This document shows positions 19,054 to 27,712 of a stretch of DNA of 64,000 bases, piece after piece. Position 1 is the stretch's first letter; each line of letters starts with the position of its first letter. The stretch covers positions 2,163-66,162 of IMG/VR virus record IMGVR_UViG_3300024290_000003; one strand, written 5' to 3'. A program made the translations under genes and the position numbers. The notes beneath the pieces were generated by a model that had not been told where the DNA came from, did no database searches, and worked only from the letters and a program-made list of their open reading frames with translations. The stretch comes from a virus (Duplodnaviria > Caudoviricetes).

Positions 19054-19800
19054 ATGAAACCTCTCCTAGTTAGTTTACTCCTGATCGTCGCCATTCGCGC
19101 CGCCGACGTGAAGGTGCTTTGCACGCCGGAGCCGCTGGCGGCCAACCTGCCGGGGATGTCGCAGCTTGGAATTTGGAATGTGATGCTGGTGAATACTATC
19201 CCGCACGCCGTGACCATCTCGCCGGAGCAGGTGCGCATGGCTGTGCCGCAACTGCACATGGTGGATCCGAAGCGCGTCCAGCAGATCGCCATGCGCACGT
19301 ATAACTCCAGCAAGTTTCAGCGGCTGCTCCGTGTGATGGGCTACGCCGATCTCGTTGGCCCCGTACTGGTCGGCAACGGCCGCGGCCTGATCTCCGTATC
19401 GCCAACCGGGATTGCGATCACCGCCCTGGTCTCGATGGTGCTGCACCGGACCAGCGACAACCTGAAGGCGCAACTGCCGGATCTCGCGGCATACGAGAGC
19501 AGCGCACTGACGGGCGACATCACGCTAGAGGCCGCCGGCACGCATGGGGCGTCGATCACGCTCACGGTGTACGCCGGAAAGATGAAGGGTGCCCACGAAC
19601 TCACGGGCGTGGTCTACAGCGAGACGGACGACGGGATGTTCCCGCGCCTGCCGCCGAAGCTTGACGGGGCCGGGCTCCTATGCCGATCCGGAGATTGCGC
19701 AACTACAATGCCAAAGAGCAGCATCCGAGAAGACCCGAAGCTCGGGGCTAAGGCCGAGGCGATTCCTTGGGTGACGATGGCCGAGATGTGCGGAATTTGA
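19054..19800 (+). CDS. Secreted/membrane hypothetical protein
   Basis: Signal peptide plus internal hydrophobic segment. Confidence 0.65.
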   Translation: MKPLLVSLLLIVAIRAADVKVLCTPEPLAANLPGMSQLGIWNVMLVNTIPHAVTISPEQVRMAVPQLHMVDPKRVQQIAMRTYNSSKFQRLLRVMGYADLVGPVLVGNGRGLISVSPTGIAITALVSMVLHRTSDNLKAQLPDLAAYESSALTGDITLEAAGTHGASITLTVYAGKMKGAHELTGVVYSETDDGMFPRLPPKLDGAGLLCRSGDCATTMPKSSIREDPKLGAKAEAIPWVTMAEMCGI

Positions 19801-20125
19801 GGCTATCAATCCGTCGCAGCGAGTCCCATTCTACGGTTGAGCAAAAAGGCATCCACTGGCACTGAGCACGACTCAAGACCAGTTCGTAGAAAAATGGAAC
19901 ATCATTTCGGTTGTTGGCGAATAGTTGCGGTATCAACATGCCGAACAAAAGCATAAACAAGATCCCAAGCAAGGCCGCGCATTGCACGGAGAAAACTGCA
20001 ATGACCAACCAAGTAGGCACCCCCGACCACGCGCGCCTGTGTCGCCCTAGCAATGCTATATGGGCACCAATCATTGTCTTTCGTAGCATACCACCTTGCG
20101 CGTAATCCTGAGACCGAAACCAATC

Positions 20126-20428
20126 ATGCCTAGATCCGACCAACCATCGCTCGACCTGCTCATCATGTTCCTCGGGCTGACGCTCGCAATCATGGGCGCA
20201 CTCACAGTATTCTTCACGCCGAAATACGAGACAGGATTCCAGCTAATCATCATGGCGCTGCTGTCTGCCTTCAGCGGGGCTTGCGGCGCGAAGTGGGGCC
20301 TGTCGCAGCAAGCCACCACACCGCCGCCCGCTGGAACCGTTCAACGCACCGAGTTGTCCACCAAGACCACCGAAGTCGCGCCCGCCGTCCCACCTCAGCC
20401 AACCGAAGTAAAGGAGAACCATCCATGA
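20126..20428 (+). CDS. Two-TM protein, holin candidate
   Basis: Two hydrophobic helices downstream of endolysin. Confidence 0.45.
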   Translation: MPRSDQPSLDLLIMFLGLTLAIMGALTVFFTPKYETGFQLIIMALLSAFSGACGAKWGLSQQATTPPPAGTVQRTELSTKTTEVAPAVPPQPTEVKENHP

Positions 20429-20586
20429 TAATTTACTTGAGTTTATTGGTCGCCCTGGTGGGCGTCCTGATGTACGCACTTTCCGCGAATCCGAAGCTAC
20501 AGGAGATCGGCCGCATCTCGTTTGCGATGGGCCTACTCGCTTTCCTGCTGCGAGTCAGCGACGCCGCTTTCCAGATCATCAAGTGA
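20425..20586 (+). CDS. Small two-TM protein
   Basis: AAGGAG RBS; MIIYLSLLVALVGVLMYALSANPKLQEIGRISFAMGLLAFLL. Confidence 0.65.
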   Translation: MIIYLSLLVALVGVLMYALSANPKLQEIGRISFAMGLLAFLLRVSDAAFQIIK

Positions 20587-20590
20587 TGCC

Positions 20591-20743
20591 ATGTGGCTTA
20601 TCTTGTTGATCGTTCTCATCCTGCTGCTGATCGGCGGATTACCGACGTGGCCCCACTCGCAAGGCTGGGGCTACGGGCCATCCGGCGTAGTGGGCCTGAT
20701 TCTGGTCATCATCCTGATCTTGCTGCTGCTCGGAAAATTGTAA
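20591..20743 (+). CDS. DUF3309 family small membrane protein
   Basis: LLIGGLPTWPHSQGWGYGPSGVVGLILVI signature. Confidence 0.85.
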   Translation: MWLILLIVLILLLIGGLPTWPHSQGWGYGPSGVVGLILVIILILLLLGKL

Positions 20744-21049
20744 ATGGACTTCAACAACATCCCAACCGCTGCGGCGATCACGATGTTCGGTGCTGTCGCG
20801 GCTGGCCCAGTGCTGGCGGCATTCAATTCTTGGCTGGCGAACCGCAACGCCAAGCGAGCAGCGGACGCCGCGAAGCTCGTGGCGGATGCGCTCAAAGAGA
20901 GCCATAGCACTACGGACGTTAAGCTCGCCGAGATACATACGCTGGTGAACAGCCGTCTCACCGAAGCGCTGGACTACATTCACAAGCTGGAAGTGTTGCT
21001 GCGCGACGCGACGGGACGGCCAGTAGAGGGAGAGCCGCATGGCCGATGA
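20744..21049 (+). CDS. Membrane-anchored coiled-coil protein
   Basis: N-terminal TM; EIHTLVNSRL motif. Confidence 0.6.
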   Translation: MDFNNIPTAAAITMFGAVAAGPVLAAFNSWLANRNAKRAADAAKLVADALKESHSTTDVKLAEIHTLVNSRLTEALDYIHKLEVLLRDATGRPVEGEPHGR

Positions 21050-21239
21050 GATCCGCCTAGTCGCGCAGCGTACGGTAGCCTACAGCCGCGACTGCCCGGT
21101 ATGCGGTAGCACGAACCGTATCGCCTTCCACGACGGCATGAAGGCCGACCAGACCTGCAAGCACTACATCGGCATGGCTCCTAAAGACGTGCGCCCTAAC
21201 ACCGAGGACGTGGCTTACATCGTGTTCGGCAAGGAATGA
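21039..21239 (+). CDS. Small Zn-ribbon-like protein
   Basis: CPVC...CKH. Confidence 0.5.
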   Translation: MADEIRLVAQRTVAYSRDCPVCGSTNRIAFHDGMKADQTCKHYIGMAPKDVRPNTEDVAYIVFGKE

Positions 21240-21244
21240 GGCAT

Positions 21245-21332
21245 TGGAGGAAGGTGGAGGAATCGAACCCCTATGGTTCAGCACCATACCGCTGCTTTCG
21301 AGGCAGTTTGCCGACCTTCGACGGCACCTTCC
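21245..21332 (-). tRNA. tRNA-Ser(CGA)
   Basis: GGAAGGT/ACCTTCC acceptor, loop CTCGAAA, long variable arm, GTTCGATTC, CCA end. Confidence 0.9.
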
Positions 21333-21417
21333 GGGGAATACGTCGTGGCCGCCCATGAATCTCTCATGGTGTCCTTCGCCCGGAGGAGGTCAAGTCCTTC
21401 CGGGGACCACGAAAATC

Positions 21418-21492
21418 TGGTCCAGGCGGCTGGATTCGAACCAGCGTGGGCTTGCTCCCAAGGCAAGTGGGTGGCCGCTACCCGACGCCTGG
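21418..21492 (-). tRNA. tRNA-Pro(TGG)
   Basis: CCAGGCG/CGCCTGG acceptor, CTTGC-CTTGGGA-GCAAG, GTTCGAATC, ACCA end. Confidence 0.9.
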
Positions 21493-21496
21493 ATTT

Positions 21497-21571
21497 TGGT
21501 GGACTCGCTCGGATTTGAACCGAGATCTGACTGGGTGCAGGCCAGCCGCTCTCCCGTTGAGCTACAAGCCC
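21497..21571 (-). tRNA. tRNA-Ala(TGC), atypical C33
   Basis: G3:U70 and A73 alanine identity; GCTGG-CCTGCAC-CCAGT; GTTCAAATC; CCA. Confidence 0.85.
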
Positions 21572-21619
21572 ACAAGAGAGCGATTTACGGGCGTGCTGAT
21601 GATGATGGGGTTGGAGGAT

Positions 21620-21696
21620 TGGAGCCGGTGACAGGAATCGAACCTGCGCAGTCCGCTTTACAGGAGCGGTGCTCAGCCAACGCGAGCGACACCGGC
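21620..21696 (-). tRNA. tRNA-Thr(TGT), atypical C33
   Basis: GCCGGTG/CACCGGC acceptor; CCGCT-CCTGTAA-AGCGG; GTTCGATTC; CCA. Confidence 0.85.
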
Positions 21697-21745
21697 CCGC
21701 GCGTGGTTCCTGTGGTTGTTTGCTCCACGAGATAAGCATATCACA

Positions 21746-22192
21746 ATGAAACTCGCATTCAAACTGGTATCCGCCGGTGGCCTGATCGACCGCGCAATCG
21801 GCTGGTGGACCCAATCGCCCTACTGCCACGTCGAGCTGGTGTTCGACCAGATGGGCGTGCCCGATGATTGCTTCAGCGCCGATCCGAAGCGTGGCGTGCG
21901 GTTCACGCATGTGGATTGGAGCGACACCAAGACGTGGAAGGTGGTCGGTCTGGCGGTGTCGGAGAGCCAGGAGCGCGTGGCCTACTTCTTTGCTCGTGAT
22001 GCGCTCGTAGGGCGAAAATACAACAAGCGCGGCATCCTGAGATTCTTGTTCGGATTCGTTAGCAGCAAGCCAAACGAGGAGTTCTGCTCACAGGTCATTC
22101 TGATTGATTGCCAACACATTGGGCTGTGGCCGGGCGATCCTCCGGTTCGCATCGACCCAGGCTTTCTAGCACAATTGGCGGAAGCGGAGTAA
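21746..22192 (+). CDS. Permuted papain-like amidase (YiiX/YaeF, C92-like)
   Basis: SPYCHVELV, GRKYN, EFCSQ (His before Cys). Confidence 0.7.
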   Translation: MKLAFKLVSAGGLIDRAIGWWTQSPYCHVELVFDQMGVPDDCFSADPKRGVRFTHVDWSDTKTWKVVGLAVSESQERVAYFFARDALVGRKYNKRGILRFLFGFVSSKPNEEFCSQVILIDCQHIGLWPGDPPVRIDPGFLAQLAEAE

Positions 22193-22243
22193 GCGGCTTC
22201 CGATCTTATCCACGAAAGGCACCCATTCCACAATGAGGTTCAC

Positions 22244-22627
22244 ATGCACTACGTCGAGGTTGACCTGTACGTATCGGAGCAGGCCATGTGGTTTCGCACT
22301 CTAGTCTTTTTCATCGCCGGTCTGTTTAGCCTCGCTGTGCTGGTGATGACCGCACAAGAGCGCTTCCGCTATATCCCGCAAAACGAGAAGGCTGAAGCGG
22401 CCTTCCAACAATCGCTACAGAATGCGGAACACCTCACGCAGCTTGAACGTTCCGTATCCGATCTCCGGGCGCTGTCCCTCGATGTTCGGCTGACCAAAAT
22501 CGAGGCTACGCTCGACACCATCTGGAAACTGTTGATGGGCATCCTGGTTCCGCTGGTGCTGCTGATCTTTGACCGCTTTATCATTAGCGTCATACCGATG
22601 TTCCGCAGAAAGTCCGATAGTAACTAA
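22244..22627 (+). CDS. TM-coiled coil-TM protein
   Basis: Two hydrophobic helices flanking a leucine coiled coil. Confidence 0.6.
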   Translation: MHYVEVDLYVSEQAMWFRTLVFFIAGLFSLAVLVMTAQERFRYIPQNEKAEAAFQQSLQNAEHLTQLERSVSDLRALSLDVRLTKIEATLDTIWKLLMGILVPLVLLIFDRFIISVIPMFRRKSDSN

Positions 22628-22641
22628 AAGGAGCATTACAA

Positions 22642-22764
22642 ATGAAGAAACTTGCCATCACCATTTTTGCCGTCGTAGTACTGGCGGTCGGCTACAAGGT
22701 GAGTACCGGATCCTTCGATATTGATCCTCCTCCCTGTTGGCCGCAATGTACCCCGGTTAAGTAG
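22642..22764 (+). CDS. 40-aa secreted Cys-peptide precursor (absent from ORF track)
   Basis: AAGGAG RBS; MKKLAITIFAVVVLAVGYKVSTGSFDIDPPPCWPQCTPVK. Confidence 0.75.
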   Translation: MKKLAITIFAVVVLAVGYKVSTGSFDIDPPPCWPQCTPVK

Positions 22765-22787
22765 GGAGATTTGCCTCGCCCGCAGAA

Positions 22788-23564
22788 TTGTGGCACACTT
22801 GCTCTACCGTGTGGATACAACTTCTGCGGGGCGGGGCGGTCATAGCTCTCGTCTTTCTGTTATCCCGCTATCTCTGGCTCGGCCTCGCTCGCCGCTATCG
22901 ATTCTTCTGCACCTATGCCGCCGTCCAGCTCACCGTAACGATCTCGTTCGCCTACTTCTTTGACTTACGCTCGCAAGCCTACGCTGTGGCGTGGGTGCTC
23001 TCGCGCTGGATTATAATCGCGCTACAGATCGCCGCCGCCGCTGAGGTCTATTGGATGATCGCTTATGCGCCACGCGGCACCCGCTGGCTTCCGCTGGTGG
23101 TCATGCTGCCCGTTGCCGCCCTCGGCTCCGGCGGCTTGATGGTCGTCCAAGGCTACGCCATCACTCCCGATTCCGGCTTCCTCCGCATCCTTCAAATCAC
23201 CTGCCTCGTATATTCCTCGCTCAGCTTCGCCGTCGTAATCGGTCTCCTGCTTCTCGCCGTGTTCCTGATTCTGGACGCGCAGCGCCACAATACAGTTGTC
23301 TATTGGCTCGGCCTGATGACGTACTTCACCATTCAGGGGCTGACGTTCTTTCTGCAATACATCGTTGCACTGAAGTGGGAATTGCTCTATGCGGCATTCC
23401 TGCCCGCTAATGCGGTCGTGCTGCTGTTGTGGGGATTGCTGACCACTAGCGCCGGAGAGCGGCCGCCGCCAGCGGTTAGACGACACACGCCATTTGCGGA
23501 TAAGATCCGTAAGAACGGCGTGGTACGGCGGTTCAAACTTGAGTGGGAACGCGCCGCGATCTGA
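22788..23564 (+). CDS. Seven-TM membrane protein (putative peptide receptor)
   Basis: Seven hydrophobic helices counted by eye, basic C-terminal tail, no kinase domain. Confidence 0.7.
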   Translation: MWHTCSTVWIQLLRGGAVIALVFLLSRYLWLGLARRYRFFCTYAAVQLTVTISFAYFFDLRSQAYAVAWVLSRWIIIALQIAAAAEVYWMIAYAPRGTRWLPLVVMLPVAALGSGGLMVVQGYAITPDSGFLRILQITCLVYSSLSFAVVIGLLLLAVFLILDAQRHNTVVYWLGLMTYFTIQGLTFFLQYIVALKWELLYAAFLPANAVVLLLWGLLTTSAGERPPPAVRRHTPFADKIRKNGVVRRFKLEWERAAI

Positions 23565-24006
23565 TCGAGTCCGATAACTGGCGAAAGGATTCCTCCCGCA
23601 GTTTCGGGCGCATTCGGATCTCAAACAACAACATTAAGTCGCGTTTCAAGCGAATCATGTTGGCAAATAAAGCGCTACGTTTACCGGCCCTGTAGGATTG
23701 CAGGCAGGCTTGCAGGTTGACCGCTATCACGTAGCGCGTCAGCGCACCGCAGGCAGCCTTCCGCCGGGTATCGTCCTTGCCGGATTCGCGCATCTCGCGG
23801 ATCGCCTGCGGCTCGTCCCTGGCGTCCAGCACGGGCTTCCAGCGGTCGAAGCCGGATGGGTTGGGATACAGTGGGCCGCTATTACGCCCCGGATGGTCCC
23901 GAAGCGCCTTCATTTCATCAAAGATAAGATTGCACGCCTTTTGAACTGCGGTCAGCGCAAGCTGGTACTCCTCGACTTCTTGGGTCGTCGGGTCCATCGT
24001 TATCAA
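23533..24006 (-). CDS. Hypothetical helical protein downstream of the repressor-like gene
   Basis: 157-aa ORF, same strand as 24218-24547. Confidence 0.55.
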   Translation of the reverse strand: MITMDPTTQEVEEYQLALTAVQKACNLIFDEMKALRDHPGRNSGPLYPNPSGFDRWKPVLDARDEPQAIREMRESGKDDTRRKAACGALTRYVIAVNLQACLQSYRAGKRSALFANMIRLKRDLMLLFEIRMRPKLREESFRQLSDSIRSRRVPTQV

Positions 24007-24217
24007 TGCCCCCTAAGTAACGCTGGTAACATCGTCATATTTGCACAGATTTAGCGCCAATTCAAGCGGATATTTCGGGCAGTTCTGTGGAAAACACCCG
24101 CCTAGAAATAGGTATAAGTACCACCCGCGAACAAGATTGCGATTATGGTACGTGTTTTCGTGGCTGCAAGTGCCGTGGAATCTGTCCGACATCAGCTTTT
24201 CAGAACAGAAACAGCGC

Positions 24218-24547
24218 CTACATGTACGGTTTTAACATTTCCAGAAGCATATTACGAAACAATCGCAACGCCACCGGCTTGCGGTTGCAGTCCTTGAGGA
24301 AAAGCCGAACGGCGTTGACGATTCGGTCTTCTTCGGTCATCGGAGGCTTCTCCTGGCTTTTTTCTGCAACCTCCTGTTTGATGTATGCGATCAGGACCGA
24401 GGCCATGTCAGTGCCCCTGTCCTCGCACAATCGCTTGAATGCCTTCCGCAGTTCGGCATCCCCAATGTCGAACGAGATCGGCACTCGATCCCCGTTAATT
24501 TCCCTATCCAAAATCGTCTCCTTGAAGATTTCCACAGATTTTCTCAT
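24218..24547 (-). CDS. Ribbon-helix-helix repressor candidate
   Basis: VPISFDIGDAELRKAFKRLCEDRGTDMASVLIAYIKQEV pattern; divergent from the early operon. Confidence 0.65.
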   Translation of the reverse strand: MRKSVEIFKETILDREINGDRVPISFDIGDAELRKAFKRLCEDRGTDMASVLIAYIKQEVAEKSQEKPPMTEEDRIVNAVRLFLKDCNRKPVALRLFRNMLLEMLKPYM

Positions 24548-24551
24548 CGGA

Positions 24552-24612
24552 CATGACAACAGGCCTTGACAAGGCATGTCAACATGCTCATAATCGTGTT
24601 CAGCATGTCAGC
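24552..24612 (+). promoter_or_regulatory. sigma70 promoter of early operon with operator repeats
   Basis: TTGACA(24566)-17 bp-CATAAT(24589); repeats CATGACAAC, CATGTCAAC, CATGTCAGC; palindrome TTGACA-AGGCA-TGTCAA. Confidence 0.8.
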
Positions 24613-24811
24613 ATCAACAATACAGCAAACCGGGCAGGATTCCAAACCAAACGTCAAAATCTTCTCGACGAGGGTACCAGTATCTTTAATCACGCGTGCA
24701 AAATTTGCAGCTCTTGAATCAGGAAAAAGCGTTCAGCAACTCTTCATTGAGGCCCTGGTCTCCCACCTAGACCGCGAAGATAAAGCGAAGGCACGGAGGG
24801 CGGCGCGGTGA
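24605..24811 (+). CDS. Arc/CopG-like ribbon-helix-helix regulator (cro position)
   Basis: KIFSTRVPVSLITRAKFAALESGKSVQQLFIEALVSHL. Confidence 0.75.
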   Translation: MSASTIQQTGQDSKPNVKIFSTRVPVSLITRAKFAALESGKSVQQLFIEALVSHLDREDKAKARRAAR

Positions 24812-25317
24812 GAAAGGGTAAGATTCAGCGGCAAGGATCGTCCTCCTCCAGCGCCGAATACCACGCTTGGCAGCGGATTAAGGACCGATGCGGAAAACCG
24901 TCCCATCACAAGTACAAACTCTACGGCGGCAGGGGCATAAAGGTCTGCGATAGATGGCTTGTTTCCTTTTTGAATTTTTGGGCTGACATGGGACCTCGCC
25001 CAAGCCTGAAGCATTCAATCGAAAGAATCGACAACGACGGTGACTACAGTCCAGAAAATTGCCGCTGGGCGACGCGCAAGGAACAGGCCAGAAATACCAG
25101 GAGAAACAGGTGGGTGACTTTTCGGGGAGAGCGTGTGTTGTTGATCGACTTGGCTCCGCGCCTTGGCATTAAGCTCCCGACTCTTTATTGGCGCCTTCAG
25201 CACGGCTGGAACCAAGAAGAGGCCTGTACGTTTCCATTGAGGCCGGGATATCGTCCACCTTCTGTATCGGTGGACGGCGACAGCATTCTGATCTACAAGC
25301 GGGAGGCCACGCGATGA
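24808..25317 (+). CDS. HNH-type homing endonuclease-like protein
   Basis: YGGRGIKVCDRW...SIERIDNDGDYSPENCRWATRKEQARN. Confidence 0.85.
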   Translation: MRKGKIQRQGSSSSSAEYHAWQRIKDRCGKPSHHKYKLYGGRGIKVCDRWLVSFLNFWADMGPRPSLKHSIERIDNDGDYSPENCRWATRKEQARNTRRNRWVTFRGERVLLIDLAPRLGIKLPTLYWRLQHGWNQEEACTFPLRPGYRPPSVSVDGDSILIYKREATR

Positions 25318-25986
25318 GCCATTACAAATGCATGGATTGTGGAGAGGTTCTAACGATTGGTTCTCCCCACATGCATGAAGGGACTGGCGTAGGCGGATTC
25401 GCTCGTATCGAACGCATCAAGGAGCCACAAGAGAAAGTTGTTCGTATCGAAATCCACTACGAAAACGGCGACGTGCGATTCGCTGAAGGCTCCGACGCGG
25501 ACAAGATCATGGACTACTGGCAATCCGGGGAAACGATGAACTACATCCACGGCGGTAAATATGAAGGCCCAACGCTAATACTGTCCCGTGCTGGCGAGGC
25601 CACGCGATGACGCCCCGCAAGCCGCCAACCCGCGCCTCGATCCCGGACTGGAAGCGCCGCTGCGCGGTGTACAAGACGTTTCTGATGTTGGCCAACCGGG
25701 AGTTGTATCAGGTCGCGCGGGACGTGATTGCGTTCAACGAACAGCGGTGCGAGGCGCTGCCGCGAAAGGAGTCTGCCGCGTGACCACACTCGAAATACTG
25801 AGCCGCGATTGGGCTGTCGGACGACACTCGCTCACGCCGGACGATATTCTCTACATGGAATCGTGCTACGTGCGGCAAGGTAAAACTCAGGACACGCGAA
25901 AGTCTCCAGCGGGTAGCACGTTAATTTATCGTTCGACCAGTCTCACGACACGGTTGCTGGAAAAGGTCTGGAGGAACGCCGCGTGA
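25314..25986 (+). other. Three small coupled ORFs (25314-25610, 25607-25783, 25780-25986)
   Basis: ATGA/GTGA overlaps with RBSs. Confidence 0.55.
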
Positions 25987-26438
25987 CCGCCCCGCGCACA
26001 TTGCAGCTCGTACCGATCAGCTTAGCTGAGGCGAACGAGTTTGTGCGCTTGCATCACCGTCACCATAATCCGGTGCCTGGGGCAAAGTTTTGCGTGGCTG
26101 TAGCGACTCCCGGTGTGGTGCATGGCGTCGCCATCGTTGGCCGACCAATAGCACGAATGGCTGACGACGGCTGGACGCTGGAAGTCAACCGGACCTGCAC
26201 GGATGGTACAAAAAACGTTAACTCGATGTTGTACGGAGCCTGCCAGCGTGCTACGTTTGCGCTCGGCTACAAAAAGCTCATCACGTACACTCTGCCAACT
26301 GAATCCGGCGCATCGCTCCGAGCTGTTGGCTGGACGTGCATCGGTTCCGCTGGCGGAGGTCGATGGAGCCGCGAGTCCCGACCGCGTATCGACACACATC
26401 CGCTTCAGGAGAAGTTGCGCTGGGAGGTGACCGCGTGA
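25983..26438 (+). CDS. XF1762 family protein
   Basis: PISLAEANEFVRLHHRHH...GVAIVGRPIAR...LEVNRTCTDG...ITYTL..ESGASLRAVGW. Confidence 0.8.
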   Translation: MTAPRTLQLVPISLAEANEFVRLHHRHHNPVPGAKFCVAVATPGVVHGVAIVGRPIARMADDGWTLEVNRTCTDGTKNVNSMLYGACQRATFALGYKKLITYTLPTESGASLRAVGWTCIGSAGGGRWSRESRPRIDTHPLQEKLRWEVTA

Positions 26439-27712
26439 CCGCCCCGCGCCTACTGTCCGGCGATGCTATTATGCGTTTGCTCAACGGGAGTGAGCGCGAA
26501 ATGCCAAGACAGAGGTGTCAGAATCCAACTTTGAGACAGCGGAAGGACGGCCTGTGGTACATCCTTCCTTGGGTTGACGTGCGCGACGGTTGCGGCGGTA
26601 CGGTCCGCATGAAGAAGAGGATCGTGCTCGGTCCGCTTACCAAGCGCGAAGCCATCATCAAGCGGAACCAGGTGATGGAAACCATCAACAATAGCAAGCT
26701 CGTATTGCAGAGCCAAATCAAGTTCGGCTATTTCCTGGACAACTACTACATCAAGTCGTATCTGGACCGTCCAGGAGTCCTGAAAAGCACCACGCAAGCG
26801 GCGTACATGAGCCACATCCGCGTTCACATACGCCCGACCTGGGGCGAGATGCAGATGAGCGAGATCACGACGCGGCGCCTGGACGATTGGATGGCGGCGC
26901 TGACTAAGGCCGGGTTGTCGTACAACGCGCGCCACGACCTGCTGACGATGATGAGCGGGATCTTTACCAAGGCCGAGGACTGGGGTGTGTGGGACCAGCG
27001 GAACCCGTGTAAGCGCGTGACGGTTGGCCGCAACCTTCCGGTACGCGAGAAGCGGATGCTGACCGATCAGCAGATCCGGCTGCTGCTGGCGGCGCTGCCG
27101 GATAACGGCGTGCGGCTGATGGCTGAGATTGCGCTGTTCTGCACGCTGCGGGTGTCGGAGATCATGGGCTTGCAATGGAAGCACATCGACTTCGAGAACG
27201 GCTGCATCCACGTTCGGCAGCGAATGTCCAACGACGGCGAGCTCGCTGAGCCGAAGACGCGGAAGGCATTGCGCGATCCGCAGATGGGGCATTTGGCCGA
27301 GCGGTTGAAGGCTTTCAAATATGCTGGCGTGGCGGGTAATGCCGCGCCTGGAACCGCCCCGGTATCCGGGATTGCTACACGCCAGCACCAGACCGCCGAC
27401 GATTTCGTGTTCCGCTTCCCGAGCCGCAACGGGGGGTACCTGGGTTCAAATGACCTCGTTAAGAAGTACCTCAAGCCGGCCGCGAAAGCGATTGGGATCG
27501 ACCATAACGGATTCGCATGGCATTCCCTGAGGCGCCAAGCAGTCACGAACTACAACTCCAGCTTGGGAGTGACGCAGGCGATGAACATGGCGGGCCACAG
27601 CACGGTTGCGATGAGCGCCCTTTACACAATGTCGGACGCTGATGCGGCGAACGCGGCGGTGCGGGCGTTCCAGGAGCGGATTGCGGGTGAACCGACCGGA
27701 GGTGTGCAGTGA
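26435..27712 (+). CDS. int: Tyrosine integrase
   Basis: SAM-like core domain; catalytic LRVSE, PKT, HSLRR, AGH, LY. Confidence 0.92.
   Translation: MTAPRLLSGDAIMRLLNGSEREMPRQRCQNPTLRQRKDGLWYILPWVDVRDGCGGTVRMKKRIVLGPLTKREAIIKRNQVMETINNSKLVLQSQIKFGYFLDNYYIKSYLDRPGVLKSTTQAAYMSHIRVHIRPTWGEMQMSEITTRRLDDWMAALTKAGLSYNARHDLLTMMSGIFTKAEDWGVWDQRNPCKRVTVGRNLPVREKRMLTDQQIRLLLAALPDNGVRLMAEIALFCTLRVSEIMGLQWKHIDFENGCIHVRQRMSNDGELAEPKTRKALRDPQMGHLAERLKAFKYAGVAGNAAPGTAPVSGIATRQHQTADDFVFRFPSRNGGYLGSNDLVKKYLKPAAKAIGIDHNGFAWHSLRRQAVTNYNSSLGVTQAMNMAGHSTVAMSALYTMSDADAANAAVRAFQERIAGEPTGGVQ

Noticed and set aside
21497-21696. Reading the two C33 tRNAs as Cys(GCA) and Tyr(GTA)
   Set aside because: The shifted register breaks the anticodon stems; G3:U70 supports Ala and the short variable arm argues against Tyr.
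21244-21910. ORF-track proteins over the tRNA cluster
   Set aside because: Shadow ORFs translating tRNA sequence.
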